NCBI GenBank assembly: GCA_047495785.1
Contig: JBLDXI010000009.1
Coordinates: 124,001 to 188,000, forward strand
Length of the DNA stretch: 64,000 bases
Origin: Lepidodermella squamata
Lineage: Eukaryota > Animalia > Gastrotricha
Direction of reading: 5' to 3'
Shown here piece by piece: positions 52,251 through 64,000 of the stretch. Position 1 is the first letter of the stretch. Every line of letters begins with the position of its first letter. Made by a program: the position numbers and the translations under genes. The notes below the pieces were generated by a model. It searched no databases, was not told where the DNA came from, and was given only the letters and a program-made list of their open reading frames with translations.

Positions 52251-53148
52251 ATGGCTGGTTATCAGTACTAAAACTGTTATTAACTGTATCCGCCAATCTT
52301 CGTCCAGCTGCAATATTAACTACCCTCGTGCCAGAAATTGTCTATTTATTAGTTGATGCTTGAGTTGCGATGATCCCATCTCCGTAATCGTATTTTTGCT
52401 TCACAGAGATGTGAATTACTCAATGCAGCAGCAGAGATGAAAGAAAAAATCATGTTTTTTGTTGATGGCATAACCCGCAGGTTATTTGGCTCGAATTACC
52501 TCTTTGTGTCCGAACTCGCTCTCATCATGCGCTTTGGAAAATATGAAATATGATAATAAAAGTAACAACCAATATTTGAGTTGCCGGTTTTGGTATTGCA
52601 GCAGAGTTACAGCTGATTTTATTTTGGGAGAAGAATGACTTGTCGAAGCAACTTTGCAAGTTCAAACTTGCAAACTTCAAAATGCGTTGAAGTTCTCTAC
52701 AAAGATCCATTTGAGCTATTCCAACTTTTTCGTTGGACCATTGTTTCTTCTTTCCTTCCTTTCCTTTCCGATTTGTTGGGTCTACCAAGTTTAGCGGATT
52801 CGTTAGGATTTTTTGCGTACCTAACCTGTTTCTTTTTAATTGATTTAATTATTGATAGCATTATTTACTATTATCTACTTGATATCATTATCCCACGAAC
52901 ATTGATATAAACACGTATCCTTCGTGAACATAGGAGCCAAGCACACTTATTTCGTTTTGCTTTCATCGCGAAAACAAGAATGCATGATTTTTACTGTTCC
53001 TTGCTAATTTTATTACATACTAATTATTTCAGATCAATGTGCTAAATTGAATTATTCTGATTATAATTAAGGATCAGGAAATGCAAGCCTGTTGTGCCTG
53101 TCGTAGATCTTCCATGAAGCGATTAATTCAGCGGAAATATGTCACATT

Positions 53149-53597
53149 TCAAGCGTCACCTTGCATTATCTCGCTTGCAAGCAACTGCATCCAAAGCTTG
53201 AACGATGTATTGTTCTTGCAAATAGCGAGTGATCCAAGTTGTCGAACACATTTTTTTAGCCTACGACGATAATTTGCATTGCCAATCTCTTTTTCCAATC
53301 TTTCCAAAGCGGTAAAATCTTGACTTATGGTCATTTCGCGGATGTAGCTTCCTGTGAAAGGTTCAAAAAGATGATTGTACTCAAATGTAAATAAATAGCC
53401 CTGTATTTTTCCTTACGCAACAAATTTACAGTCCCTTTCTGTTGAGGAATAAGGTTGGAAGTCTGACGAGAGTTGTCATTCATGTATACATTTTCACGCT
53501 TGTCAAAGATGAAAGGCAAGTGTAAAGGCTGGCACAGCACCGTTAGGATGAAATCAAGCGCCAGCAATAGCAGCCCGATCCTACTAGTAACAGTCAT
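53149..53597 (-). CDS. Small secreted two-Cys protein S2 (unassigned family)
   Basis: Signal peptide MTVTSRIGLLLLALDFILTVLC; phase-1 intron 53416-53352; RSYIREMTISQDFTALERLEKEIGNANYRRRLKKCVRQLGSLAICKNNTSFKLWMQLLASEIMQ. Confidence 0.72.
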
Positions 53598-53861
53598 TCT
53601 GAACTAACTGGTCCTTCGACGGGTCGATTGCTATAGTGCTATGCTATAAAAGTTGTGAAGTTAATAATCGGATCTTTCAAAAAACATATAAATTGAAGTG
53701 AAGTAATACCGCGTTTTTTAATAAAAGATGATTCTGTGACAGCGCCATGTTTACTTTGAGGATCAATAATTCAATTGATGGTCGGAATACTGATTTTCAA
53801 ACAATAATTTCGAACTCCAAACAATAAAAATGTAAGAAGAGACTAAAACGATATTGTGAAG

Positions 53862-54308
53862 CTAGTTCATAATGTCCTTTGCCAGTAATTGCGCCCAAAT
53901 ATAGAAGCCTGTGGTGTTTTCGCAGATTTTAGTTGAGCCGAACTTCTCGACGCATCTCCGCAGCTTTTTAACCCGATCATCGATTCTTCGAACATCGCTG
54001 ACAAGCTTTTGCAAACCAAAAGTATCGTTCCGATTGATCATTTCTTTCACCATGGTAGCTGAAAATGTCATCGATAGATGATTATAAGTTGATGCTAAAA
54101 AAAACCAGTGGAAGTTACTCATCAACTGCTTGTAAAGCCGCCCGTTCGAAGATTGCTCGGTTTTCAGTAGCAAATTTGTTTGAACGGGAGGCAATGATGT
54201 TGAGACGCTGAACGATGAGCTATCTGTTGAACCTACCGCAATGCAAAGCAAGATACTTGAAATGATGAATTTGTTTGCTAGTTTCGAACTGGAGCAATGA
54301 ACAACCAT
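53862..54308 (-). CDS. Small secreted two-Cys protein S3 (unassigned family)
   Basis: Hydrophobic signal KFIISSILLCIAVGS; phase-1 intron 54118-54059; TTMVKEMINRNDTFGLQKLVSDVRRIDDRVKKLRRCVEKFGSTKICENTTGFYIWAQLLAKDIMN. Confidence 0.72.
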   Translation of the reverse strand: MVVHCSSSKLANKFIISSILLCIAVGSTDSSSFSVSTSLPPVQTNLLLKTEQSSNGRLYKQLMSNFHWFFLASTYNHLSMTFSATMVKEMINRNDTFGLQKLVSDVRRIDDRVKKLRRCVEKFGSTKICENTTGFYIWAQLLAKDIMN

Positions 54309-54865
54309 TTTATTGTTGGCTTTGTTTTAGGTGCTTTCTCTGCGATTTGCTGGCCAATGACACCGAAGGACACAATCAATAGCATTACTATCATATATAT
54401 ATGTATATTGGAAGCTATTGGTAAATCGATGGAACATGACGCGAAGCTTTAGATTTGACATACTATAGTTCAGAGAGTGGTGTTGAAAAACATTGGCCCT
54501 TAGGGAACAAAAAGTGTGATTGATTACTGGTTGATTACACTACGTTGGCTGTTGAATTATCAACTATTGCAAACAAGCGTTGATATGACGGGGAGTCCAC
54601 AGCTGTTGATCTCTGAGTTGGAAACGAACTCGAAACTCGTCAGAAACTCAACGCAATTTCTTATACAAGCCGTATGCGTATTTTTCACGCTACTCTTTCT
54701 GAGTTTTAGATCTATCCCGGACCTGACATTTGATTCTATATCCAAATATCGGTCCTATAATCCAGTTTATTGAGGCTCACAATTTTTCGGGCAGTCCGAC
54801 ATCATTTACAAGCAAAAGAATCACGGAAATAGCGTAATGGCTATGATTATGATCAGCCATGGGTA

Positions 54866-55805
54866 CCGTCACTTGGGGTAATCTGGGTCAGTGGGGCTAT
54901 TCGGACGAATGTTCATGAAAACGGGAGAATGAGCATGGCTCAAAAACTACCCGGCCGTTGGCAGTGAAATTTTGCACGGAGTTAGGTGGAAAGACGACCC
55001 ATATGCTATAAAAATTTCATGGCCTGAGAGTAAGTGGTTGTAAAGATATGGCCTTACCTTTCAGGTGTAAGTTTGACTCAGTTTAAGGACTGTTCTGCGT
55101 TGAATTACCTGGACCCGAAGAGAATTTTGCTGGACCTGCGCCCAATTTTTCCTGAATCTACAGACGCTAGGGCACCCATGAAAATTAAAAACGCCCCGAT
55201 CCGACTCGTACTTTTGTCTAATTAATTGCGTCCTTTTAGCCCCACGAAAAAATGATGTTGTGGGGCTATTCGGTCTGCCATTTGAATATGCTAATGAACT
55301 GCGTTCTTCAAAAGTTTCTTACTGATTACTGCGGACTTTAACTTCATTTCCATTTTAATTTTTGAATGAGCTGGAAAGGCTGCAGAAGACTAATTTACTG
55401 GTGTCATACGACAGTGCCAATTAATTAATTACGACTATAATTGACAAATAATTCAACTAAAAATCAGTGTTTTAGTTTGCTCAAATTCTTGGGCATAAAA
55501 ATAATAATAAAAAAATTTTGCGGAAAAAAATGCTCCGCGGCGTGGGCTCGAACCCTGCTTTCGTACTTTGCTATGCTTTCTAGAAGCACATCCCAAGCCA
55601 CTCGACCACTGAACACAGCATATTAGTAATATTTGAATTGAATATTTATGTATCATTAATAGCCCCACACCTGTCCGAATAGCCCCATCTGTGGGGCTAT
55701 TCGGAATCCTGGTTCCATTGGAATCATGACCTTCTGAAACGTGTAAAAATGCAAAAAAATCAGGGGGTAATTTTTTTTCGCCGTCCGGATAGCCCCAACT
55801 GACGG
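54866..55805. mobile_element. Non-autonomous Tc1/pogo-type DNA transposon (~940 bp)
   Basis: TA|CCGTCA ... TGACGG|TA ends; subterminal motif TGGGGCTATTCGG in both orientations (~54892, ~55261, ~55675-55705, ~55785). Confidence 0.8.
55531..55615 (-). pseudogene. Degenerate tRNA-like sequence inside the transposon
   Basis: Minus strand: A-box-like GTGGTCGAGTGG, B-box-like GGTTCGAGCCC, imperfect acceptor stem TGTTCAG/CGGAGCA, stem TGCT-TCTAGAA-AGCA, then a T7 run; T-arm poorly paired. Confidence 0.5.
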
Positions 55806-56692
55806 TACTATCCAAGCTTGAAAAACGGGTGATCCGTTGTGTACAATTCCGAAGTGACGCGTTTCTTGTTTGTTGACGCGTTTGGGCGGCAGTTCGAGGA
55901 ACGCGTCCCAGATTTAATTTTCGCGTAATTCCAAGTGACGCAATCTATTATTGCGCTCTTGCTTTCTGGTTTTCAACCTATGTTGTCCATAAAAAGTTTG
56001 CCCGGGATTTCCCCTGTATATTTTTGGGTACGATGATACCTATGACTGTTTCAGATGCTCTCAGAATTATTTTCAGCCCGACATGTACCATTCCAGCGAA
56101 TTCTGATGAACATTGGTTCTGCCCTAGCTCGGAGATTTATGTGACTTAGATGGACAATTCTTTCGCCATGCACCTAGCTTAGGATAGCTAAGTCACATTA
56201 ATGCGGTTAAAAATTTGAATCCTCGTCGACCAGAATTCTAACTTGAATTTTACGTGTCGTTTTTAGCCAAGTGTTGCGCTGGCAACTTGCCAATAAACAC
56301 ACGGGAAAACAATTATATTTTTTCGGGTGTTTTCTGCTTGCTCTCGTCTACGATATCATATGTTAGGCGTGAAAACTTTCCATCTCACCTATGGTATAAA
56401 ACGAAAAATATATGACATAGCAAACATCCTGTAGGCCACTACTACAAGTGCAGTTCGACTTAAGCAACGCTGCAAATCCCGAACAACGCACAGTTGAGTC
56501 GTATCGCCAGATAATTTCAGTTTTATTTCTAATATTTAACGTCACATGGACAAGTGCAGCAGGAACGAAGTCGGCGGCTACCAATTAGCCTTTGCTGCTA
56601 ACCTTGAATCACAATGTTTTAGAATAAAAGCAAGAGTAACGCTACTAGCGGTTGGAATGCGGACACCGGATCAACGTTTTTTGAGCGAGATC

Positions 56693-57515
56693 TCAGTCCT
56701 TGCGCAGCTGGAACTCGCGGAAGGTGGTGCCTTGAGCAGTAATAATGCCAATGACCAGCCCATCACCAGTGTAGATGTCGCGTTCAGCAGCGCCAACAAA
56801 AGCGTCATGGGCTAGCTGCACAGCACGCTCCACTGTCAGCTCAGGGCGGTCCAAGTGGCCGCCAGCAGTCTTCGACTCGTTTTTAAAACCGATCTGACAG
56901 TCGAGGAACGGCTGGAGGATGGCCGAGGCCGTGCCTCCGACACGGTAGGCCTCCCGTTCGTAGGAGCCAATTGGGTCAAAGCTGTAAACGGCACCACGGC
57001 CCTTGTCATCGAGGCCGGCTACTAGATTGTAGGTGTAGTAAGGAAAGAACCTTCGGTAGTACAGCATTTTTGACAACATGCTCGCGATCGCTTGGGTCGA
57101 TTCAATGCGACTATTCTCGTAATCGTAGAGCTGCAAAACAGGAATAGGTACTCAGAATCAAAAATGAATTTCCTTGTTGAAAAACCTTGACACGTGACTC
57201 CATCATTTTCACGACAGTAAGAACATCTCCAGAGTAGCCGCAGCTGGCCAATAGAGTCGTAGGAGTCCTTAAATCAGAACAATTTTATAGGCAGCAATTT
57301 GATTTTCAAACAAACTAACAGCTTAAATTGTTTAGGAAAGTTACGCGAATGGATCTGGAATCCACAGCTCAAACGGGTATCAGAAGCAACCAGGGCGAAG
57401 TCCTCGCCTGCGATAGCCAGGATTGTTCTTAACAACAAATAAGAAGTTACTTCGTTGACCATCAAAGTTCAGCGAAAACTCACCCTCCGCTCTCTTCGTA
57501 AGGCGAGAAGCTCAT
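56693..57515 (-). CDS. PSMB1: Proteasome subunit beta type-1 (beta6)
   Basis: [11 protein letters not shown]|[50 protein letters not shown]-terminal LRKD. Confidence 0.95.
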
Positions 57516-58040
57516 TTTTCGTTGAAATTACTCTAAAATGGCAAAGACATTGGGATCTCACTCGCTCTCATTATTGCGGCAATTCATTTCGGAGGCTGCG
57601 CAACAAAAATGTTTTCCGAACAACGACAATCTTGAAGAAAACTAGTTCGTTCATACCGGGCATATATGAATAAATGTACAGGCAAAAATATATCTTTTGA
57701 TGATTTCAGATAATATATGCATCAGTGAGGCTAAAAATACTTCGCAGGGTCAGGCAAAACAAAAATTAAAGTGAATATGATGACTGTGAATTACTAACGA
57801 AATAGCATACCAGTTGGACGACAATACGTAAACAATACACGAGTAATATGGCTGAATCTGGGAGACATTTTGAGGAAAAACTTTCAGGACTGACCTAACG
57901 AGTAAATGCCAAGATGGCATAAACAAAGGAATGGCTGCGAATGGAAGCGTGTTCTCAAAATGAGTTTGTAATCAAAATGAACGTCTGTTGGACGGCAGAT
58001 CACAAGCATTAGCATGCAAGTAACTCCAAAGCCTTGATAT

Positions 58041-59805
58041 TCATGATGTGCGAGGGGTTGCAGCGGGCGGAGAAGCGCTTGTTTCTGCGCCGTTAGTTGA
58101 GCTTGAACCTTGCTTGTTCATTTCAAGACGGCGTTTAATAACATTGCTGTACTCTCGCTGCTTTGATTGACGCATCTGTGGCTTTGGCATCTCACGCTTT
58201 AATTGACCATCCCACTCGAGGTCTACGAGACCACCTTGGCGCGCAATATCAGCTTTCACGCGATTGGCGAATTCCACGGCCGATTCGCCGTCTCGACGCT
58301 TTGTTGGTGGCAGATACCAAACATCGCAAACAATTGCCCAAGATGTCATCATCAGTAGCTGTGGTAGTGAAACACTAAAGAAATATTACTCATCCGACCG
58401 CAATCTTTACCAAGTGCTGCAACATGGATTGCTTGCTGCTATTCCAGAACGGATCACCAAAGATAGGATTATACTGAGGAGCGGCAGTTAAACGATGTAA
58501 CAATGTCGCAAATCAACAATAAAATTTAGTACCTTAATTGCCACAGGATATATTGTGCAATCCAGTTCGAAGCTACCCTTCTTGAACATGAAAACGCAGG
58601 TATTGTTGACGCAAGTTCCCTCAGGAAAGATTAGGATGGGCATAGTGGTTGGATCCATGACGTGAGCATTGAGTTTCCGCGAAACAGCAGTTCTGTCTTT
58701 AACCTCGCCTCGTTCGAACCAAATGTGTCTTGCTCCTTTATTTAGAGCTTGCTGCATAATTCCGAGAAGGCCACCATGCTTCTGCCCGACCAATGCATAG
58801 TTGCTATCGGTCATGAGTATCACAGCGTCGATGGGAGAAGTGTGATTAGCAACGCAAACACCGCCTTGTTTGGGAGCGTTCTCTTCGTTATGGAAGGTTA
58901 TGATGGCCGAGAATGTTCTAGCTAGAATGCGGCTGGCCATTAATGCAGAACGACAGTAAAGTTTGCGCTTCATCCTGCCATTATATAATAATTATAAATT
59001 ACGAAACCTCGTGACAATGACATACTCTCCGTCGGGAAAATATCCAATTGCAGCCATCGAGACTAGCAGCCAAACCATTCCAAGGAGAAAAAGGCCCATT
59101 CGGAAAGGTAATAACAAGAAGTAACGTATAAAGAATCCAACAGTCCAGAGAACTGAAAGCCGAAAACTATACAAAATACTGAGATGGAAACAATTTTCTT
59201 TTCCTACAGTAAATCCACACCTTAAAAATTGATAGTTTTGATTAGTCCTAGTCAACAGATTCCATGATGGCAGTTCTAGAATGAGAGGATGGTTTATGTA
59301 ATCGAAAAAGCAGATTCTGAAAAAAACGATACCTGCCGCATCAAATCCGGTAGTAACGTCATCTTCAATTATCGCTTCGATTCCACTGCGGACAAAATAG
59401 AGCGGATCTGTTAGCTGGAATTCAGCACCAGGAATATTATCCGTGCACAGCGATGGAACACGATTGCGCAATGGTCGCTTGTCATCATCATCGGCTGGTA
59501 ACCAGAGTAAAATATAAAACCTCAGCATAACAGCGGTGTATTCTAACTAACCTGATGCTGAAAATGGTTCTTCGTGGACCACGCCTTCTTGTTGGATTTT
59601 CTCTTTGCCCCACTGTTAATGATGAAAAATATAGTTCAACTCTGATATTCCGCTGCTCTCTTACCTGAAACACTCTGATGAGTAAGCCCACATAAAACTT
59701 TCGAATTCCCAGCGATTTACCCGATGATGCAAGTATTATGATAAGCAGAGTTATGATCACGAAAGGTAGCGCGATGATAGAAATCAGGGGTAGAAGAAGA
59801 GCCAT
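58041..59805 (-). CDS. GPAT4: Glycerol-3-phosphate acyltransferase 3/4 (AGPAT6/9 type)
   Basis: GKSLGIRKFYV, EAIIEDDVT, WNLLTRTN, catalytic NHTSPID, HIWFER, PILIFPEGTCVNN, MMTSWAIVCDVWYLPP, GGLVDLEWDGQLKR. GPAT3 vs GPAT4 cannot be resolved. Confidence 0.92.
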
Positions 59806-62111
59806 TGTTAAACAGCGCTTCTAATTCAAATTAAAATGGAAATTTGTTAATCTGCTATGAAGTTAACTATAATTGGGACATCCTAAAGTGGTCTTATTAT
59901 TGCGACCTAGTAGATTTTTACAGCTGGAAAGCTGGAGTCCATGGAAGAAGTTTGAGGTTACTCGATAATTATTACTGCCTAATTGTATCATACATCCTAT
60001 GTACTCGATCGGCATGATTGCTAATCCCAAGCGTTTTCCCCGATTCTGACAACCTGAAATTTCCTATAAAAAATTCTGGAGAGATAAGAGGGTGGGAAGT
60101 GAGAAGTAAGATGCATGCACTGCGCCAAGTCAGCCGTCCACCATTGATCAGGATCAGGATGAGGAATTAAGAATAGAGGTAATCTTATAAGTTATAAGGT
60201 AAAGCTGTGGAAATATTATAGAAAAATTTACAGCACATTCAAGGGGCAAACATGGTAAATAGTTCACAAATAAATATTGGACAGAGGACTGAATTATTTC
60301 AGCTCTCAATTTGGACTATTCTAAGCAGAATGACGAGAGTTACGATCGGAAGCTGAGGGCAGGTGAGAAACATCATATTCCTCCTAGCTCCTAGCCACCA
60401 GAATTTAAAGGACTCGAGATCCGAAACAGGACACAGGTAGGAGACATCAGGCAGAAGAGAATTGAGCAACGTTCAAAAATCAGCTGTGAAGTTTTGCAAA
60501 ACCTGAGAAGAAGTTGTCAAAACCAAAAACAATTATCGCGCCTATTTTTTTCGTAAACAATTAATCATTAAAAGTTGACATTGAGAATTTTTGGTTCATT
60601 TGTTGTCCGATAGTTGTTTTTGTTTGCCGCGGTATTTGTCCGTCGCGAGAAGAATTCGATCCTCTTCTTGGAAGCTGGTTCCGAAACCCCGACCCCGAAA
60701 GAGCTCAACAAAGCACAACACGCCGATATTAGGGTGCTCATGTTGAAGACGGACGCTTTTCCCGTTGCGAGCCTCTGATTCACGACCTTCGATGGATTTC
60801 GCTTGGTGGAAGAAGAAAAGTTCAAGCTGGTCTGACAGTTTCTGCTCGTTGAAGCCCCTGACTCGAGTCTAGACCTACCTATACATCGCAGATTTCACAA
60901 AGAAAGAAGCCGCGAGGGAAACAAGTCAGAAAACACAAAGATGTCATCCTATAGACCGCAGCAATGCCCCCAGCCAACTTTCTCCACGTTCCTCACATGT
61001 TCCTCACACACGTTCCTCATTGGCCCGGCGGCTTGGGGTAGGACCTAACGGAACCTAGCAGCGGGTTTTCATCAGCACTAACTTCTACTTATCCGAGAAG
61101 TCTCATCATTTGTTATGGATTGTTATGGACCAATGCCAGTTGATAGAAACAAAAATTACATTTGCATCACCTTCCGTTGGCGTGCTGCCAACTTTTGCTG
61201 CTAAGTTCAGCTTTTACCATGTAAAAAGGGTGCAGGGACCCCATTTGTTAACAAGCACATAACAAACGTGAGAATTTGATATATAACGTAACAAATGATG
61301 CTGATTACGATGGTGCTTTTTATTTTAGCAGCAGCATCACCTGGACAGGTGTGGATCGAAATAACCAGGTAAGGTGGCTTACCTGAGAAGGTAGGGTGCG
61401 TCCCATGACCTCGAGATAATTTTGTTCGGATTCTCCGTCGTAAATTACTGGTATTCCCCAAGTTTTTTGAATTTCTGATATACATAACTCACGAAATGAG
61501 AAATATAATGATATTACACTGAGTTGCAATTTCCGTCATTTGTTGATGTCAGTCAATAATGAGAGTTACTCGCTTGGAAGCGGAAACTTGGATTCTTCAA
61601 CATTGCATTATCAATTTTAATGGAATTATCACTATTTGTACATTTGATCGAAGTCCGATATTGCAGGATCCCTCTATGAAATCGCTCGACCTTGTGCATG
61701 ATCGTGTGTTTAAGTGACCTTGCAAGGCCTTGCATGATTACGTTAGGAGTTTTCTTCTAGGGCAGCACGCCACATTGACATGGTAGTGTGGTAGTTGAAA
61801 TGGTAACAGCAACCGATAATGAGAATTCTTATTCAACTCCAATAAGGGCCGTTTCTATCATACAATTGCCGATGTCGAGGCGAAAATGTTATCTAACAGG
61901 ATACCTAGTGGTTATGTGTAAATTGTAGAGGACAACTATTAAGAATGCACCAGAACCATTTATTACTGCTAGGTATAAATAATAATCATAGAGCTTGGAT
62001 TCTCGGCGATAACAGGCAACTCAAACATGCAGCTTCGATTTTGCACATGATAAAAAATCAATCGTTGAATATTGGCGGAAGAAAGTGTCCGTAATGAACG
62101 ACTAGCAAATA

Positions 62112-64000
62112 TCAAATAGCGGCTTCAGGTCGACTAAGGTTCGTCTGACCATTTGTTCCATTGCCAAGAGAGCCGAGAGGAGACGTTACGAATCGGCCAT
62201 TACTTTCTGCAAGGAGGCGCAATTGCGATCGCATCAGAGATAACGCTGACGAATTGCCGACAAATGATGAACCAGCCTTAAATGTTTCCGAAATTAATCA
62301 ACAGTCTTAAGAATATACTTCAAGCTCACATTCAGCTCACTGGCCGTGCCTGAGTAAGATCGAGTGTTCGAACCCACAGAGGCGGTTACGCTTACCAACT
62401 TTACAATTGCACGTGCCCTTTCTAGATATTTTCTATATCTCTGTTCCATTATCAGTGTCTCGTTCTTCCGCCGCGCAATCTCAGCTTTAAGCGACTGGAC
62501 CAGCTTAAAATAAACAAGCAAGCTATGTGATGTCAAAAAATTGCGCTAGAATTTACATTGTCTTTGTCAGAATCATCGATAATGCCCGCTTCGAATCCGT
62601 CGCCATTATAGTCATCCTTCAGGCTGGGCAGGGTTGGAAGTGTTTCGTAACTAGCTGTAGTTGATTCAGCTGCGGCAAGTCTCAGCTTTGCGTTTTCATC
62701 GACCAAAGATCGATTTTGAGAGAGTGCATTCATCAGTTGCTCACGGGTTTCAGCCAACTTGGCAGTGGCTTCTTCAAATTGGCGCTGGAGCAAATCAAAC
62801 CTTAAGCTTGAACCAACACCATCGTCATCTGACAGCATATAAAACATTTTCAAGTTACTTGTGAGATCTTCCATCAATAAAACAAACCCAGCAACTGCTT
62901 TTCCGTGTTAGGAGTGGAGCCATCTGAGTTAACATCGTTTACGCCAGAGCGTCGCTTCGAAACTGAACGCAGCCTATTAAGTTGGTCCTGTAATGATGCA
63001 TTCTCGTTCAGAACAGTTTGCAAGCGTTCTTCGACAGTTCGCAGTTTACGCTGAGCAGCACTCGACTGCTCAACTTTGCGCTGCAGTTGCTCTATTTGAG
63101 ACTCGGCAATCGATAAGCGCTCGACGGCGTGCTGAAGATTCAGCTTATAGTCATTAATATTAAACCATAAAGCGAAATTACCCTGGCGACGTCAAGCTCG
63201 TCTCTCAGCCGTTTTACTTCACGGCTGGCAGTAGCCAATTCCGTCACACGAGCTCGCAACTGAGCCGCCTCATGCTCGGCTGCTTCGGCTTTTTGCCTCC
63301 ACTCATCTCTAGCTGTATCAATTTTTTCCAGCTCATCGCGCAATCTTTCGTTTTCATCTAGGACGGAACTTCGTTGCCGCGCCATTTCCCTGAGTGAGTG
63401 TAAAATATTTCGTTTCAACGCGCATGTGTGAGTAGGAAATTGAGCTTACCCCGAAGCAGATTCAACTTTCTGAAGCTCATCCTCCAGGTCGCCTTTAATT
63501 CTTGCAGAAACTACTGATTCAGTTCTAATTCGCATTGAACTCAGCTCCATTTCTAGACGTTTCACTTTTTCTGCCAATTCATCACGGCCTTGTAAAGCTG
63601 ATTGTAACTGGATACGCAAATTCTGTTCCATTCATAGATTTTATAGGTAATAAAATATCTTCATATTATTTGACGTCGTGCGTTACCTTTGTGTCATCAG
63701 CGTTACTTTCGACCACGATCGGACGCACCGGTTCGTCGACAGCGTCACTATGGTCATCTGTGCGTTCCAACACCTGAATCAACACAAGACCGATTAATCA
63801 TAACCAAAATGTACAAATATTGGGAATGTATGCATACCAATTTCACCGCCTCCATCACGCCAGCTTGAATGTCGGTTTCTAGGTTTAAAATAGCTTCAAT
63901 AAAGTGTTGCCGTCTGGAACAGCTGACAGCACATCCCACAGTGAGCTGTAAAAATCGATACACTGATTCGACAACCGGAGCCGTTCCATCGCTAGACGAG
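62112..64000 (-). CDS. HOOK: Hook-family dynein adaptor (5' part outside window)
   Basis: Hook-domain end FLQLTVGCAVSCSRRQHFIEAILNLETDIQAGVMEAV, coiled coils with LRDELD, Hook-type MEQRYRKYLERARAIVK; stop at 62112-62114. Confidence 0.8.

Noticed and set aside
52525-52788. ORF ending in a GPI-like hydrophobic tail
   Set aside because: TTG start, lies beyond the S2 poly(A) signal, and no in-frame splice link was found.
54891-55800. Recurrent TGGGGCTATTCGG motif as a CRISPR-like array
   Set aside because: Irregular spacing, both orientations, inside TA-flanked TIRs in a eukaryote: transposon subterminal repeats.
60280-60530. LINE C-terminal-like LNSLLPDV...LESFK on the minus strand
   Set aside because: Too short and degenerate to support a call.
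61207-61800. Possible small membrane-anchored gene, with a palindromic CAGGTAAG-GTGG-CTTACCTG donor at ~61366-61385
   Set aside because: No complete ORF with a start and consistent exons could be built; may be chance or lncRNA.

Overview
Gene-dense eukaryotic DNA, very probably from an invertebrate animal, with many short (~45-70 nt) introns; the species cannot be identified from sequence alone. In order: the 3' part of a domino/SRCAP/p400 (SWR1-type) remodeller; PEX19; two tandem SLC22-like transporters; a tandem pair of genes with a CARD-like N-terminal domain, one kinase-less and one fused to a NEK-like kinase; a clan-2 cytochrome P450; a third SLC22; a non-autonomous piggyBac; an orphan class-A GPCR with a very long tail; an SLC46/PCFT-like MFS transporter; a GH3-domain gene with predicted N-terminal membrane segments; three related small secreted-protein genes I cannot assign to a known family; a divergent 14-3-3 epsilon; PSMB1; GPAT3/4; and the 3' part of a Hook gene. 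MITEs and LINE fragments are scattered between genes. Best leads: (1) a CARD-like+NEK kinase gene next to a frame-preserved CARD-only paralog (possible sensor/decoy signalling pair); (2) one domino locus that appears to give an AT-hook SRCAP-type protein by intronic polyadenylation and a SANT/polyQ p400-type protein by splicing; (3) the secreted two-cysteine family, which shares an intron position; (4) operon-like gene junctions suggesting SL trans-splicing. All gene models were spliced by eye and all family calls rest on recognised motifs, not database searches.
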